From: Longimicrobiales bacterium
GTDB lineage: Bacteria > Gemmatimonadota > Gemmatimonadetes > Longimicrobiales > Gaopeijiaceae
Direction of reading: 5' to 3'
DNA: 64,000 nt
Assembly (NCBI GenBank): GCA_965219445.1
Contig: CBDCNQ010000005.1
Span: 1,088,001-1,152,000, forward strand
The notes under the pieces were generated by a model. The model was given only the letters and a program-made list of their open reading frames with translations, had not been told where the DNA came from and ran no database searches. Below are positions 19,482 to 29,580 of this stretch, one piece after another (position 1 is the first letter of the stretch; every line of letters begins with the position of its first letter). A program made the translations under genes and the position numbers.

Positions 19482-22400
19482 CTATCCGAGCAGGGCGTCG
19501 TCCGCGATGACGAAGCGGCCGAAAAGGCCGAACTGAAATTGGGAGGAGCCTGATTGGAGCCCAACGAAGGACCGCCGATCCGTGTACGAAAGCTGGAGCC
19601 GAACGTCCAAGCGCGACACCGCGGTCTCCACCCTGAAGACCAGGCTTCGAATGAGCTCGTCCAAGAACGGCACGCACGCCCTTCGGGTCGTGGTGCTCCG
19701 ACAGTTTCGATCCGACGCGTACTGTAGGAGAGCCGTGATCGTGATCGGGCGGCTCAAGCGGGCGGCCAAAGCGGAGGGCGGCCGCATCGAGGCCGCGAGC
19801 GAAACCGTATGATTGTCCCTGTCTCTTTCAGTTTCTCCGGTAGGGTCACTTCCCTCACCGCTCGTGAATGAGCCCCGATAACTCGTTGACACGCCGCCAC
19901 CCCATACGAGGGCGATTTCCACCGGAATCCGTTCGTCCCGCTGAAGCCTCTTTTGCAGGCCAAACCCGCCGAAGGCAGTCCTTTGCCTGATGCGTTGGAA
20001 GCCTGCGGATAAGATCACACGTCTGACCAACGCTTGGTCCGGAAGCGGCAAATTTGTGAGCGAAAGGTTCAAGTCGGGCCAGGTCTCCCGCCGGAGCGTT
20101 CGGTCGCTCCGAGTGTCCAACGTGTTCGCCGTCGCCAGACGGTAGTTCACGCCGACTTGAAACTCCGCTGGCAGACGCACGCCGGATTGGACGGTCCAGC
20201 CGACTCGGTCCGTGAACGTCGTCGCTGTGTCAGCCCCCAATGCCGCATATCCATCTTCGCCAGCGAATCCGAAGCGGTAGGAGAAGTTCGGATCCACCGG
20301 ATCGCGATCGAACCTCGAGGTCAACCCGGCTTGGTAGGTGACCGTAACCGGGTCGAGCGAACCCATGATCGCACCTACCCCTCCGCTGAGCGCCGATCCT
20401 CCCGAAGGCTCCCCACCGGGCGTTCCAAGGACCGAAGCCGGAATCAACGTGAACTGCCCGGTGAAGTCACGGCCGCCGTTGACGTCGCGTACCAGTGTAA
20501 CCGCCGAGTCACCGACGGGGTCTAAGGAGCGGTCCACGAAGGTCGCCGTACGATGGCTGGTGTAAAACGTCTGCCAGCCAAGCGCCGTCCGAACCCAATC
20601 TCCGAAACGTGGCTCGAAGCTCATGCGCGTTCGCAGGACCCTGTCGGTCTCCCACCCGAGATCGGCCCCCAGGAGCTCAAGCCTCTCGTCGTTCAATAAG
20701 TCCTGAACACCGGGATCTACGACGGCCTTCTCCGCATCGAGAAGGTCACGGATCGAGACTATGTCCCCCTCAACAGAAAACGTCTCTAAAGGCCGAAAGA
20801 CGATCTCGAAAGCGCTCTCCAGGGATTCTCGGGGAGACCGCGTGGGCCTCACCTGGGAATCACTGCCCTCCTCGAGGATATGGTCGAACCGTAAGGCCCG
20901 TTGACCGCTGCGTGCGTACGACGCACCGAAAGAGAGTCGCTCCGGACTCCACCGAAAGCGGCTCTCGACGACCCCATTCTCCCACGCGCGCGGGAGTAAC
21001 CACCGTAGCACCGGCTTGAGGAATCCGGGGATGAGCCCGAAGTCACGCCTTCCCACGGCCCGACCATATCCCAGGTGCCCATCGATGCCCGACGCCGACC
21101 CCTCGGAGGTAATCGTGGTCGAACTGGCCGTGAAGTAACCGGCCCGCGCCTCCAAGCCGTCGAGCAGAAGACCGAGGACAGGATTAGCGGCCGGCGTACG
21201 TTTTCGAAAAGCCACGTCGACACGTGTTCTCCGCGACCCCGGCGCTCTCAGATTCCGAACGTTGTCCGCCCGGATGTCGCTCCCGATGAGGAAGCGAGGG
21301 TCCTGGTCGTTTCTCACGTGTGTCACCGTGATGGGGATCTCGACCCCCCAATCCGCGGGAGCAATTCGGTCGAGATTGAAGGTCGATCCCAAGCTGATGA
21401 TTCGATCGTCTTGAAACGTCGGGTTCTCCGACAGCTGTCTGAAGAGTGCGCCGCGGCTACTGACCGCCAGACGAGTCGTCCAGACGTCGGAGGCCTCTAC
21501 ATCCAGCGCGAGATGGGACGCCATCCCCGCGTCCCTGAGTGGGGCAGAGAGCCTCATCTCGTTGATCCACACCTCTCCAGCCGTCGGGAACCCCGCCTCG
21601 TTCCAAACGCCTATCGATAATTCACGGACAGCAGCGAGGTTCGGGGCTCGCGCCCGATCCTTGAGTACGATCGCGTACGTGGAGTCCCGTGCCCAAAGCT
21701 CGAGCGGCGGGTCTCCGGGGCCACGCGGGTTGAAAATGAGGTCCTCCTCCGCTTCGCGCCGGAGGTCGATCCACTCCTCAAAATCGATGACGATCTCGGG
21801 GAGCCAATCCTCAGGCGAGATGCTTCCCGGATTCGGCACCGGTTGAAGCGGGGTGCGATACAGATAGAAGTTCTCGGCGTCCTCTCCGACCTTAATGAAG
21901 AATGACACGGGCACGGTGGCTCCCCAATCGCCCGCGCGGGCGAGCGCCCACAGCTTGAGCTCTCGATACGGCAGAAAATCCCTCGGGCGTTGTGGGAACC
22001 GATTGAAGACCTCGGCGCGGGATCCGGACTGTACACCCTCATACTCCAACTTGAGACCCTTCTCGTTGAACTCCCTGCCCACACCACCGAATGCAGCCGA
22101 AGGATCATCTAGCTCCTCGGTCACTCCTGGGGGCGCCTGGTACGCTGCTCCTTCGGTGACGAGACTTACAGGGCCCACCTCGGCTCGCCCGAGCACGCTC
22201 GCCGTATCACCCACGATGCCGTCCAGGACCCCCAACTCGGTTCGCTTTACCCAACTAGCTCCGACCAAGCGCATCCGAAACAGCGTGACGCTGTCGTTGC
22301 GCCGGCCCGCGATCGTCAGACGCATGTGTTTCACCGCTCGAAAGTCGGCCTCTGAAAAGGGTCCGGGCACTTCGGTGACCGCGCCCCCCCGAAGCGGAAT

Positions 22401-25400
22401 CCGATAGAGCTGAAACTCGGTCCCGGTCTCAGCCCGGTTACGTACGAGGAAGGGGGATGAGCCATCGAGCCGAACGACGAACCGCAGGTATCGTTCGAGG
22501 TTGTCCAGGTTACCGTCCCCGTCCAGATCCTCAGTGTCCTCAATACCATTGTTCCGCGTGCAGTTCGCCCTCTGGTCACCGAGATCGTAGACGGCGCCGG
22601 GCTTGGCCTGGCACGTCTCACCCCACAGGCCTCTCTGGTCGGTGGCGTCGCTCCAGACCTCGCCGAGCCGTGGATTCGCCTCGTGATCGAGACGCCCGAG
22701 TCCCCATGGGGCACCGTCTTCCTTCACCCCCGTGGTTCGGCCCTGGCCATCGATGAACATCCCGTCCTCACCGACCGCGCCCAGGTCGATCACAAGGCTC
22801 AGGGAATCGCCGTCCGCCGCGTAGAACTCGAGCGACTCCGTCTTGCTGAGGTCCATTCCGGTGGTACTCAAGCTGCTAGTCATCGACCGCCAGGATGGCT
22901 CGGTCGCACTGCCGGCACTCGGAGTGAACGTCAACACCATACCGGACTCGCGGGCCTGACTACCGGTAACATGGATCTGGCGATCGACATCGACCTCCGG
23001 GAGAAAGCCGGCGAACACACCCACGCCATCCTGACCGGGTCCGCGGACCACCCAGGTATGCTGCCAAACGAGACGGCCCGCTCTGGATTCATTCAACGGA
23101 AGGGGAAAGATGGTTTCTGCCCCGTCGCGGAAAGCCGGGGCGCTACCCAGGACCCAATCGGGTGCGTCGAGAGAGAGAGCCCGTTCGTTGGACGCATCAA
23201 AGTCGTCAAGAAACGCATCGGATCGAATGTTCGGATTGGGGAGAGAGAGTGCGAGCTCCCCCTCCAGGCCGACCCTAGAACTCCTCCCCAAACGGAGCCC
23301 TGGAATTCTCTCCAGAAACCGGTCGATCCCACCCGCCGGAAAGTCGAAATCCATACTGAGTCCGCTGAGCGTGATCGCCGCTGCTTCGGTTCCCAACTGT
23401 GGCCGATTGACCAACGCCTGCTCACTCTGGCGAAGAGCCAAAATGTTGAACCCCCCGTATGAACCGGCCTGGATGCCACCGTTGAAGCCGAAGACGGAAG
23501 TGGGCGTGACCTGGAAGATTGCCTTCTGCTCCCATGTGGCGCGTACGACTGGCTCCGAGGCCGTGGCGAAAAGTATCTCCGGCTCGGTCAACGTCACCTG
23601 CCCGATTGTATAGTCGATGGTATAGTCGAGGTCCCGGACCAGGAGACGGTCTCCAAGGAAGACCCGTTCTGAGTCGTCACGGATCCCCAGCGCACCCAGC
23701 GAAAAGGAGGAAATGACGCCTCGGCTTCGAAGCTCGAAGGGGATGGTCAGGCGGTAGAGCCCGCCGCTCTCCCGCAGGAAAGGATCTTCTGCTTCATAGA
23801 TCGTGGGATTCCCGTCAGACCCGAGAATCTGCGCTGTTTCCCCGGCCGTGAGACTGAGCACCGGGACGGGCGGGGGGGATTGGAACGGGCGGAGCGTGGG
23901 GAAGAAGATGAAGACGCCCGGAACCACCGGTTGCTCTTGAAGAAATTCATCGGTCCACCGGTGCAGTCCCGCCGGGTCGAGGACATCGACGGGGGCCTCC
24001 TCGTCCAACCCGAAGAGTCTCAGGAACGTCAAATCCCTCCCGGCGGGATCCCGGGTGAAGGTACGACCCGCGCTGAGCTCCCCCAAAGAGATGGACAGCC
24101 CGACCGAGGACGGTTCGACGTCGGGCGACGAGGAGACACGGTACACTTGATGCATCTCCTGATCCCAGGTGGGCAGGCCCGGTCTGTGGTTGGCGCTCGA
24201 CGCCCTGAGTAGCTTGAGCGAGGGGCGCCCCCCGGCATTGTAAACTTGCTCGGGATTGTACGTGCCGATCGTGTCGCCCGCCGCAGAAACGTAGGTCACC
24301 GCGAGCATCTCGTCCCGCCCGAGAGGCCGCCTCAGGGCCACCCACAATCCGCTGGAATGAATCGAGTAGTCGACGCCTGCTTGAAGGAATCGGAACCACC
24401 CGGATTCCTGAACAGTATTGCCGTCCCGGCTGGCGAACCCGTCCGCCTGGATGAGCCCATCCACCTGCTGCCGTGTCACGGGGTCCGTCTCGAATCGATA
24501 GATCTGAACCGGATCCACCCCCGGAACGACGTCTAGGGGCGCCATGAACGGATCCAGCGCGAGAACATCGATGTGCGGGCTGCCATCGATCTCAGCCGGG
24601 TCGACGAGAAAGAAGAATTGGCCTCGTACGTAGTCCGCATCGTCGATGACGAGCGTGTCGACCTGTACGAAACCCTCTTGGCCGGGGCCCCCGCTCAAGC
24701 GGAATTCTCGACTCGACACGTCGCCCGTTTGCTGAGCCCAGACACTCCTGAAATCCAGCGGACCTGCCTGCCCTGTCATAAGGAAGCCGAAGTTCCCGGC
24801 AGGAACGCCTTGGGTCAGAAAGCGCGATTGGGGAAGAGCAAAGGTGACGTCCCCCAACTCGACGGTCTTCAGCACCGCGTCCTCGCCACCCTCATAGAAA
24901 ATGTTGAGGTTGTTGGCGGCTGAAAATTCACGCGCTTGGTCGAAATCTACATCCAGTGTGATACGATCGCTGATCGCTCCCGCCGCACGAACGGCAAACT
25001 GAATGTCGGGACTGAGCCGTGGGAGCACACCGGGGTCGCAAGAAAACTGCACGCTTGAATCGCAAGGACGGAACCGGGTCCAATCACCTCCCAATTCGCC
25101 CTGACCGACGATCTCAAAATCCAGGTCGGCGAGTCCTCTCGCCAGCCCGTTCCCCACCGGCGCACTACTGGGAGGGGCCCGGGCCGGAGCGGCGGGCTCG
25201 AGAAGGATCTCCCGCCTCAGGGCCAACCGTCGCCGGATCAGCATCGGCCCCCGGGCCACCACCCACCGAGAAACGTTGGGCCCGGGAGCATCGGTGACGA
25301 TCGTGGGAGCGTCCAAATCGATGGGCACAAGGAGGGGTACGGTCTTCAGGCCTATTTGACCGACGGTATAGCCTCCCGGCGCTGCCCGGCCTGGAAAGGG

Positions 25401-25532
25401 CGAAAGAAATGCGGGAAGTTCGAGCGCGGGTGGCTGAAGACGGGCCGTGTCCGGAAGGGCCGTTGATCCTTGCCCAAGTGCTGCCCGGGGTATGATCATG
25501 GTGAGGGCCAGAATGATTAGCGTCAGAGCCAT
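19482..25532 (-). CDS. sprA: SprA/Sov-like very large outer-membrane beta-barrel (T9SS translocon homolog)
   Basis: 2016 aa with signal peptide; SprA-like motifs TEDLDGDGNLD, FNEKGL, YRELKLW, GEVWINEMRL; long amphipathic beta-strand C-terminal half. Confidence 0.75.
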   Translation of the reverse strand: MALTLIILALTMIIPRAALGQGSTALPDTARLQPPALELPAFLSPFPGRAAPGGYTVGQIGLKTVPLLVPIDLDAPTIVTDAPGPNVSRWVVARGPMLIRRRLALRREILLEPAAPARAPPSSAPVGNGLARGLADLDFEIVGQGELGGDWTRFRPCDSSVQFSCDPGVLPRLSPDIQFAVRAAGAISDRITLDVDFDQAREFSAANNLNIFYEGGEDAVLKTVELGDVTFALPQSRFLTQGVPAGNFGFLMTGQAGPLDFRSVWAQQTGDVSSREFRLSGGPGQEGFVQVDTLVIDDADYVRGQFFFLVDPAEIDGSPHIDVLALDPFMAPLDVVPGVDPVQIYRFETDPVTRQQVDGLIQADGFASRDGNTVQESGWFRFLQAGVDYSIHSSGLWVALRRPLGRDEMLAVTYVSAAGDTIGTYNPEQVYNAGGRPSLKLLRASSANHRPGLPTWDQEMHQVYRVSSSPDVEPSSVGLSISLGELSAGRTFTRDPAGRDLTFLRLFGLDEEAPVDVLDPAGLHRWTDEFLQEQPVVPGVFIFFPTLRPFQSPPPVPVLSLTAGETAQILGSDGNPTIYEAEDPFLRESGGLYRLTIPFELRSRGVISSFSLGALGIRDDSERVFLGDRLLVRDLDYTIDYTIGQVTLTEPEILFATASEPVVRATWEQKAIFQVTPTSVFGFNGGIQAGSYGGFNILALRQSEQALVNRPQLGTEAAAITLSGLSMDFDFPAGGIDRFLERIPGLRLGRSSRVGLEGELALSLPNPNIRSDAFLDDFDASNERALSLDAPDWVLGSAPAFRDGAETIFPLPLNESRAGRLVWQHTWVVRGPGQDGVGVFAGFLPEVDVDRQIHVTGSQARESGMVLTFTPSAGSATEPSWRSMTSSLSTTGMDLSKTESLEFYAADGDSLSLVIDLGAVGEDGMFIDGQGRTTGVKEDGAPWGLGRLDHEANPRLGEVWSDATDQRGLWGETCQAKPGAVYDLGDQRANCTRNNGIEDTEDLDGDGNLDNLERYLRFVVRLDGSSPFLVRNRAETGTEFQLYRIPLRGGAVTEVPGPFSEADFRAVKHMRLTIAGRRNDSVTLFRMRLVGASWVKRTELGVLDGIVGDTASVLGRAEVGPVSLVTEGAAYQAPPGVTEELDDPSAAFGGVGREFNEKGLKLEYEGVQSGSRAEVFNRFPQRPRDFLPYRELKLWALARAGDWGATVPVSFFIKVGEDAENFYLYRTPLQPVPNPGSISPEDWLPEIVIDFEEWIDLRREAEEDLIFNPRGPGDPPLELWARDSTYAIVLKDRARAPNLAAVRELSIGVWNEAGFPTAGEVWINEMRLSAPLRDAGMASHLALDVEASDVWTTRLAVSSRGALFRQLSENPTFQDDRIISLGSTFNLDRIAPADWGVEIPITVTHVRNDQDPRFLIGSDIRADNVRNLRAPGSRRTRVDVAFRKRTPAANPVLGLLLDGLEARAGYFTASSTTITSEGSASGIDGHLGYGRAVGRRDFGLIPGFLKPVLRWLLPRAWENGVVESRFRWSPERLSFGASYARSGQRALRFDHILEEGSDSQVRPTRSPRESLESAFEIVFRPLETFSVEGDIVSIRDLLDAEKAVVDPGVQDLLNDERLELLGADLGWETDRVLRTRMSFEPRFGDWVRTALGWQTFYTSHRTATFVDRSLDPVGDSAVTLVRDVNGGRDFTGQFTLIPASVLGTPGGEPSGGSALSGGVGAIMGSLDPVTVTYQAGLTSRFDRDPVDPNFSYRFGFAGEDGYAALGADTATTFTDRVGWTVQSGVRLPAEFQVGVNYRLATANTLDTRSDRTLRRETWPDLNLSLTNLPLPDQALVRRVILSAGFQRIRQRTAFGGFGLQKRLQRDERIPVEIALVWGGGVSTSYRGSFTSGEGSDPTGETERDRDNHTVSLAASMRPPSALAARLSRPITITALLQYASDRNCRSTTTRRACVPFLDELIRSLVFRVETAVSRLDVRLQLSYTDRRSFVGLQSGSSQFQFGLFGRFVIADDALLG

Positions 25533-25586
25533 GAATCGGCTGATTCGCTCGGATCGGATCTTGCAGTATGGTGTAGGGAGGTCGAC

Positions 25587-27035
25587 ATGAGGATAATCAC
25601 CAAATATCTAATCCGTGCACACACGGGACCGTTCCTCTTCGCATTCTCGGCTCTCACCGGGCTCCTTTTTCTGAACGCGGTCGCTCAACGGATGGACAAC
25701 CTCGTCGGAAAGGGGCTCGCCTGGAGTGTGATCGGGGAGTTCATGCTCCTGTCTCTGCCTCACACGGTCGCGCTCACGCTCCCCATGGCCATCCTCGTAT
25801 CTGTACTCTACACGTTCAGCGAGCTTACCGCCGCAAACGAGATTACCGCCATGGCGGCGGGTGGCATCAGGCCGCTCCGGATTCTACTCCCACTCCTTGG
25901 GGTCGGCACCATCCTCGCAGGCGTGATGTTCTTTTTCAACGATCAAGTGCTGCCCGAGGCCAACCACAGGCTCAAGAACCTGATCATCGACGTCGCGCAG
26001 AAGAGTCCCACATTCGAACTGCGCGAACGGGTCATCAATGAAATCGAGACCGAGGACCGAGGAGGAGCGGTGTACTTGCAAGCCGCCACCATCGACCGGG
26101 TTACGAACGAGCTGACGGAGGTCGTCATCTACGATCTGAGCGACCCGAATGCTCACCGAACGACCTATGCGTCGAGTGGAACGATGGCGTTCAGCGACAG
26201 CCGCACCGACCTGTACCTGACCCTCTACGACGGCGACGTCCTGGAAGCCGACCAAACCCGCTCCGGTGAATTCAACCAGTCGGAGTTCGAGGTCCAGATC
26301 GTTCCGCTGCGAGGGGTCGGAGACGAACTCGAACGGCGAGAGGGGGGTGGCGTCCGCAGCGACCGTGAGATGTCCATCGCCCTGTTGAAGGCTGAAATCG
26401 ACAGCCGGACAGAGGACCTCGGCCGGGTTCGCCAACGGAGTCTCGAACAGGCCCACAAGGCGATCACGGACGCCCTGGGGTATCCGGCATCGGGGCCGCC
26501 TGAGGTAGATCAAGCGGAGTCGACTTCCCGAGGCGAAGAGGGCTCCGTAATTACGCAGGGCCGCGGCCCACGGCTCGTCAACACTACTGATGATCTCACT
26601 CGTGAAACGGCATTGATAGGTCGCCAGAACCTCGGTCGGCTTACGGCGCTTCAGTCGGCATCGGACCAATTCCGTGTCGAAATTCACAAGAAATACGCGA
26701 TCGCATTCGCGTGCATCGTGTTCGTCTTGATGGGCGCCCCCTTGGGCATCCGATTTCCGCGGGGAGGGGTCGGCATGGTCATCGTCACTTCGGTGGCGAT
26801 CTTCGCCGTCTATTGGGCCGGCCTGATCGGTGGAGAAAACCTGGCAAATGAAGGTGTGGTGACACCGTTTTGGGCCATGTGGACGGCCGACCTGGTATTC
26901 CTAGGTCTAGGCCTCGCTTTGGCTGCACGGATGAGCCGAACCGCAGGCTCCAATCGTCGAAGCGGCCTCGGCCACGTGCTGTTCAACCTCTCGAGTTTGG
27001 GGCGCGGGATGGCGACCCATTATCGTAAAGCGTGA
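25587..27035 (+). CDS. lptF: LPS export permease LptF/LptG family
   Basis: LPMAILVSVL, NEITAMAAGGI, EIHKKYAIAF, GAPLG, AMW; tandem with a second permease. Confidence 0.88.
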   Translation: MRIITKYLIRAHTGPFLFAFSALTGLLFLNAVAQRMDNLVGKGLAWSVIGEFMLLSLPHTVALTLPMAILVSVLYTFSELTAANEITAMAAGGIRPLRILLPLLGVGTILAGVMFFFNDQVLPEANHRLKNLIIDVAQKSPTFELRERVINEIETEDRGGAVYLQAATIDRVTNELTEVVIYDLSDPNAHRTTYASSGTMAFSDSRTDLYLTLYDGDVLEADQTRSGEFNQSEFEVQIVPLRGVGDELERREGGGVRSDREMSIALLKAEIDSRTEDLGRVRQRSLEQAHKAITDALGYPASGPPEVDQAESTSRGEEGSVITQGRGPRLVNTTDDLTRETALIGRQNLGRLTALQSASDQFRVEIHKKYAIAFACIVFVLMGAPLGIRFPRGGVGMVIVTSVAIFAVYWAGLIGGENLANEGVVTPFWAMWTADLVFLGLGLALAARMSRTAGSNRRSGLGHVLFNLSSLGRGMATHYRKA

Positions 27036-28105
27036 TCAGGATTCTGGACGTGCTGATGGCGAGGACGTTCCTGCGCATCTTCGCTCTGTTCATCCTCGGT
27101 GCTCCACTCCTGTTCATTGTCGGTGACCTCGTTGAGCAGGTGGACCGGTATTTCGATAGGGGTCTCACGGTGGGCGAGGTCGCCCTCGCCTACGCGTACA
27201 TGCTTCCCGAGTTCATCTCCTGGTCCTTCCCGATCGCCGCGCTGATCGCTGCGGTGTTCACCATCCACTCCATGACCCAGCACCGAGAGATCCTTGCCGC
27301 GAAGGCTGGCGGAATCTCGTTTCACCGCCTGATGGCACCGCTCGTCGTGTTGGGACTGCTTCTGACCGGGGCCGGACTTCTCCTCAGTGACGTGGTGCCC
27401 GTGGCCAAGAGACGCTCCGGGCAGATTCTTCGCAGTGAAGAGGTCGGCCGACAGTGGCGCACCGACTTCGTGTTCAAGACCGACGACGACCAGACGTTGA
27501 CGGTGAGGCGACTCAATGTCTATCCGCCGTCGATGACCCAAGTAGTCCTTGAGGTTCCTGCCGGATCGGACGGGGAGGTGGCACAGCATATTCAGGCGAT
27601 CCGAGCGCCCTTCGACAGTGTGCGCGGATGGACGTTCGAGACCGGGTATCTGCGTATCCTCCCCGACCGGGCCGAACCCCTGACCCTTTACTTCGACTCG
27701 CTCAGGTCGAGTGGCTTCGGCGAGCCGCCAAGGGGTCTGCTTGCGCGGCCCGACGACGAAGACGAAATGACCGACTCCGAAATCGACCGGATGGTAGCCA
27801 ACATCACCCGCTCGGGTGGCGACCCGAGTACGTTGCTGGTCAAGAAGGGCCAGCGGAAGGCCATCGCGGTGGCGACTTTGGTGATCATTCTGTTCGGTGG
27901 GCCCCTCGCGACCAGCTCTCGACGGGGAGGGGCGGCCTACGGAATCGGCATCGCGCTGGCGTCGACGATCCTCTACCTACTCCTGTTCCGCTTGGCGGGA
28001 GCTGCGGGCCAGTCCGGAGCGCTCTCACCGACGCTGTCTGCGTGGCTTCCCAACATCTTGTTCCTGGCTTGCGGACTCATCCTTCTCAAGCGCGTGAGGA
28101 CTTGA
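27032..28105 (+). CDS. lptG: LPS export permease LptF/LptG family
   Basis: EILAAKAGGISFHRL, AWLPNILF; GTGA overlap with lptF. Confidence 0.88.
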   Translation: MIRILDVLMARTFLRIFALFILGAPLLFIVGDLVEQVDRYFDRGLTVGEVALAYAYMLPEFISWSFPIAALIAAVFTIHSMTQHREILAAKAGGISFHRLMAPLVVLGLLLTGAGLLLSDVVPVAKRRSGQILRSEEVGRQWRTDFVFKTDDDQTLTVRRLNVYPPSMTQVVLEVPAGSDGEVAQHIQAIRAPFDSVRGWTFETGYLRILPDRAEPLTLYFDSLRSSGFGEPPRGLLARPDDEDEMTDSEIDRMVANITRSGGDPSTLLVKKGQRKAIAVATLVIILFGGPLATSSRRGGAAYGIGIALASTILYLLLFRLAGAAGQSGALSPTLSAWLPNILFLACGLILLKRVRT

Positions 28106-28156
28106 GCCTGGCCCCACTCAGCCTTCTGGTGTGTGTCCCAGAAGTGTCTCGGCCAC

Positions 28157-29056
28157 TCACACCAGCTCCGCCAGAAACTCGAGAAACCCTCCAGCCAGTC
28201 TGCCTACGCATACTTCCTGCACGGGTCCGGTGAGGGTGATCTCCATCTCTTCGGTGACGGTGACCTCCATGCTGCCACCCTCCATGCGGACCTCGAACTG
28301 GCCGGATGTGGCACGTCCCGAATTCACCGCTGCGGCGGCGACCGCACACGCCGACGTTCCCGACGTGGAGGTCGGTCCCACACCTCTTTCCCAAATTCGC
28401 GCCTCCAGGGTTCGGCCATCAAGCAGGCGGGCAACCTGGACGTTGGTACCATTAGAGAAGGCAGGGTGAACACAAATCCTAGGCCCGATCTCGTCGATAA
28501 GCTCGGGTTTCCATTCCTCGGCAAAGACTACCACGTGGGGATTTCCAATCGACACGGGATGGACGATCGGGCTTCCGGCCCCGCCGAGATCGAGTCTGTA
28601 GTCCTCATCCAAGGCTCGCGCGTCAAGCCCAACGGCTTCTGGTCCGTAGCCGGCCCGGCCCATCTCCGCTGAAACATCGTACAGGCCGTGTTCGGGAGGG
28701 CCCAACACGTGGAGCCGAACGGTATCCCCTCCTACCGACACGTTGAAAGGCTCGTCGTCCACGAGTCCCTCGCGGGCCAAGTACGCGGCCAGGATCCGGA
28801 GGCCGTTGCCGCTTCGCTCGAACTCGGAGCCATCCGGATTGAACATGCGGAGGGGGAACGGCCGGCTGGTCCGATCGAGAAGAAGCACGATTCCGTCACT
28901 ACCGGGGCCCCGCCAGCGGTCGCATACCGCAACGATCCTCTCGGCGTCGAGCGCCCAATCGTCGCCGGCTTCGAAGACGAGATAGTCGTTTCCAAGGCCA
29001 TGCGCCTTGTAGAACGCCGAGCTAGCGGAGCCCGTGTCCTGCCCCGAGAGAGTCAA
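28157..29056 (-). CDS. Diaminopimelate epimerase-fold protein with Ser at both catalytic Cys positions
   Basis: KAHGLGNDY, GSDG, NPDGSEFERSGNGLR, GNPH, ERGVGPTSTSGTSAC. Confidence 0.85.
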   Translation of the reverse strand: MTLSGQDTGSASSAFYKAHGLGNDYLVFEAGDDWALDAERIVAVCDRWRGPGSDGIVLLLDRTSRPFPLRMFNPDGSEFERSGNGLRILAAYLAREGLVDDEPFNVSVGGDTVRLHVLGPPEHGLYDVSAEMGRAGYGPEAVGLDARALDEDYRLDLGGAGSPIVHPVSIGNPHVVVFAEEWKPELIDEIGPRICVHPAFSNGTNVQVARLLDGRTLEARIWERGVGPTSTSGTSACAVAAAAVNSGRATSGQFEVRMEGGSMEVTVTEEMEITLTGPVQEVCVGRLAGGFLEFLAELV

Positions 29057-29215
29057 TTCGTACTCACTCCAACGTGTACGGTCATGTCGCTCGTGATCGT
29101 GGGAGACCCGCGGTACTTCTTCGACAGTCTAGGCCTACCGTGTGGAGGAACGGTGCGCAACCATGAACCCATCCAACTCAATGTCCCCGGGCCGATACGG
29201 CCGGGGCGAGGCCCT

Positions 29216-29486
29216 GAGGCCTGCTGGAGAAGTACAGCGGGTCGCGTTAGGAGCGCCGAGGGTCCAGCGCGTAGGCGGCGCGACGACGCGATGCTGAAGT
29301 ATCGGGGAGGAGCGCCAACACCCGCGATGGGCCCTCGCCGCCCTAACCCGAAGGGCACAGGGGGGTTGCGGTCTCATAGGTCGTCTCTCCTCGTCACCGA
29401 TGCTACAGCATCGCCTCCTCGTCGTTCCTACTCTGAGCTCCGCAAGACCCCTGTGCGCGACCCACTGTACTTCTCCAGCAGGCCTC
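29216..29486. mobile_element. MITE-like non-autonomous element, 271 bp
   Basis: 31-bp terminal inverted repeats (29216-29246 and 29456-29486, one mismatch), two internal hairpin arms, no transposase. Confidence 0.75.
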
Positions 29487-29532
29487 TAGGAATCGCTTCG
29501 CCCAGGCACTAAGTTTAGGGGAAACGTTGGAA

Positions 29533-29580
29533 GGGGTGATTTGAGGCGTATTGCGGCCCGACACAAACCGCTAAAAAGCC
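29533..29580 (+). ncRNA. SAM-II/SAM-V-class riboswitch aptamer
   Basis: GGGGT-GATTT-GA-GGC-GTA-TTGCG-GCCC-...-CGCTAAAAA-GCC reproduces the SAM-II pseudoknot core (GAUUU, GUAUUGC, GCUAAAAA); lies upstream of metH. Confidence 0.8.

Noticed and set aside
29100..29212. Fragments reminiscent of SRP RNA or 6S RNA (GGTGCGCAACCATGAACCC, GTCCCCGGGCCGATA)
   Set aside because: The SRP core CAGG..GGAA..AGCAG is absent and the 6S-like words are in the wrong order; an Infernal search would settle it.
29053..29377. Short ORFs upstream of the DapF-like gene
   Set aside because: They run through the palindromic MITE-like element and have no protein-like features.
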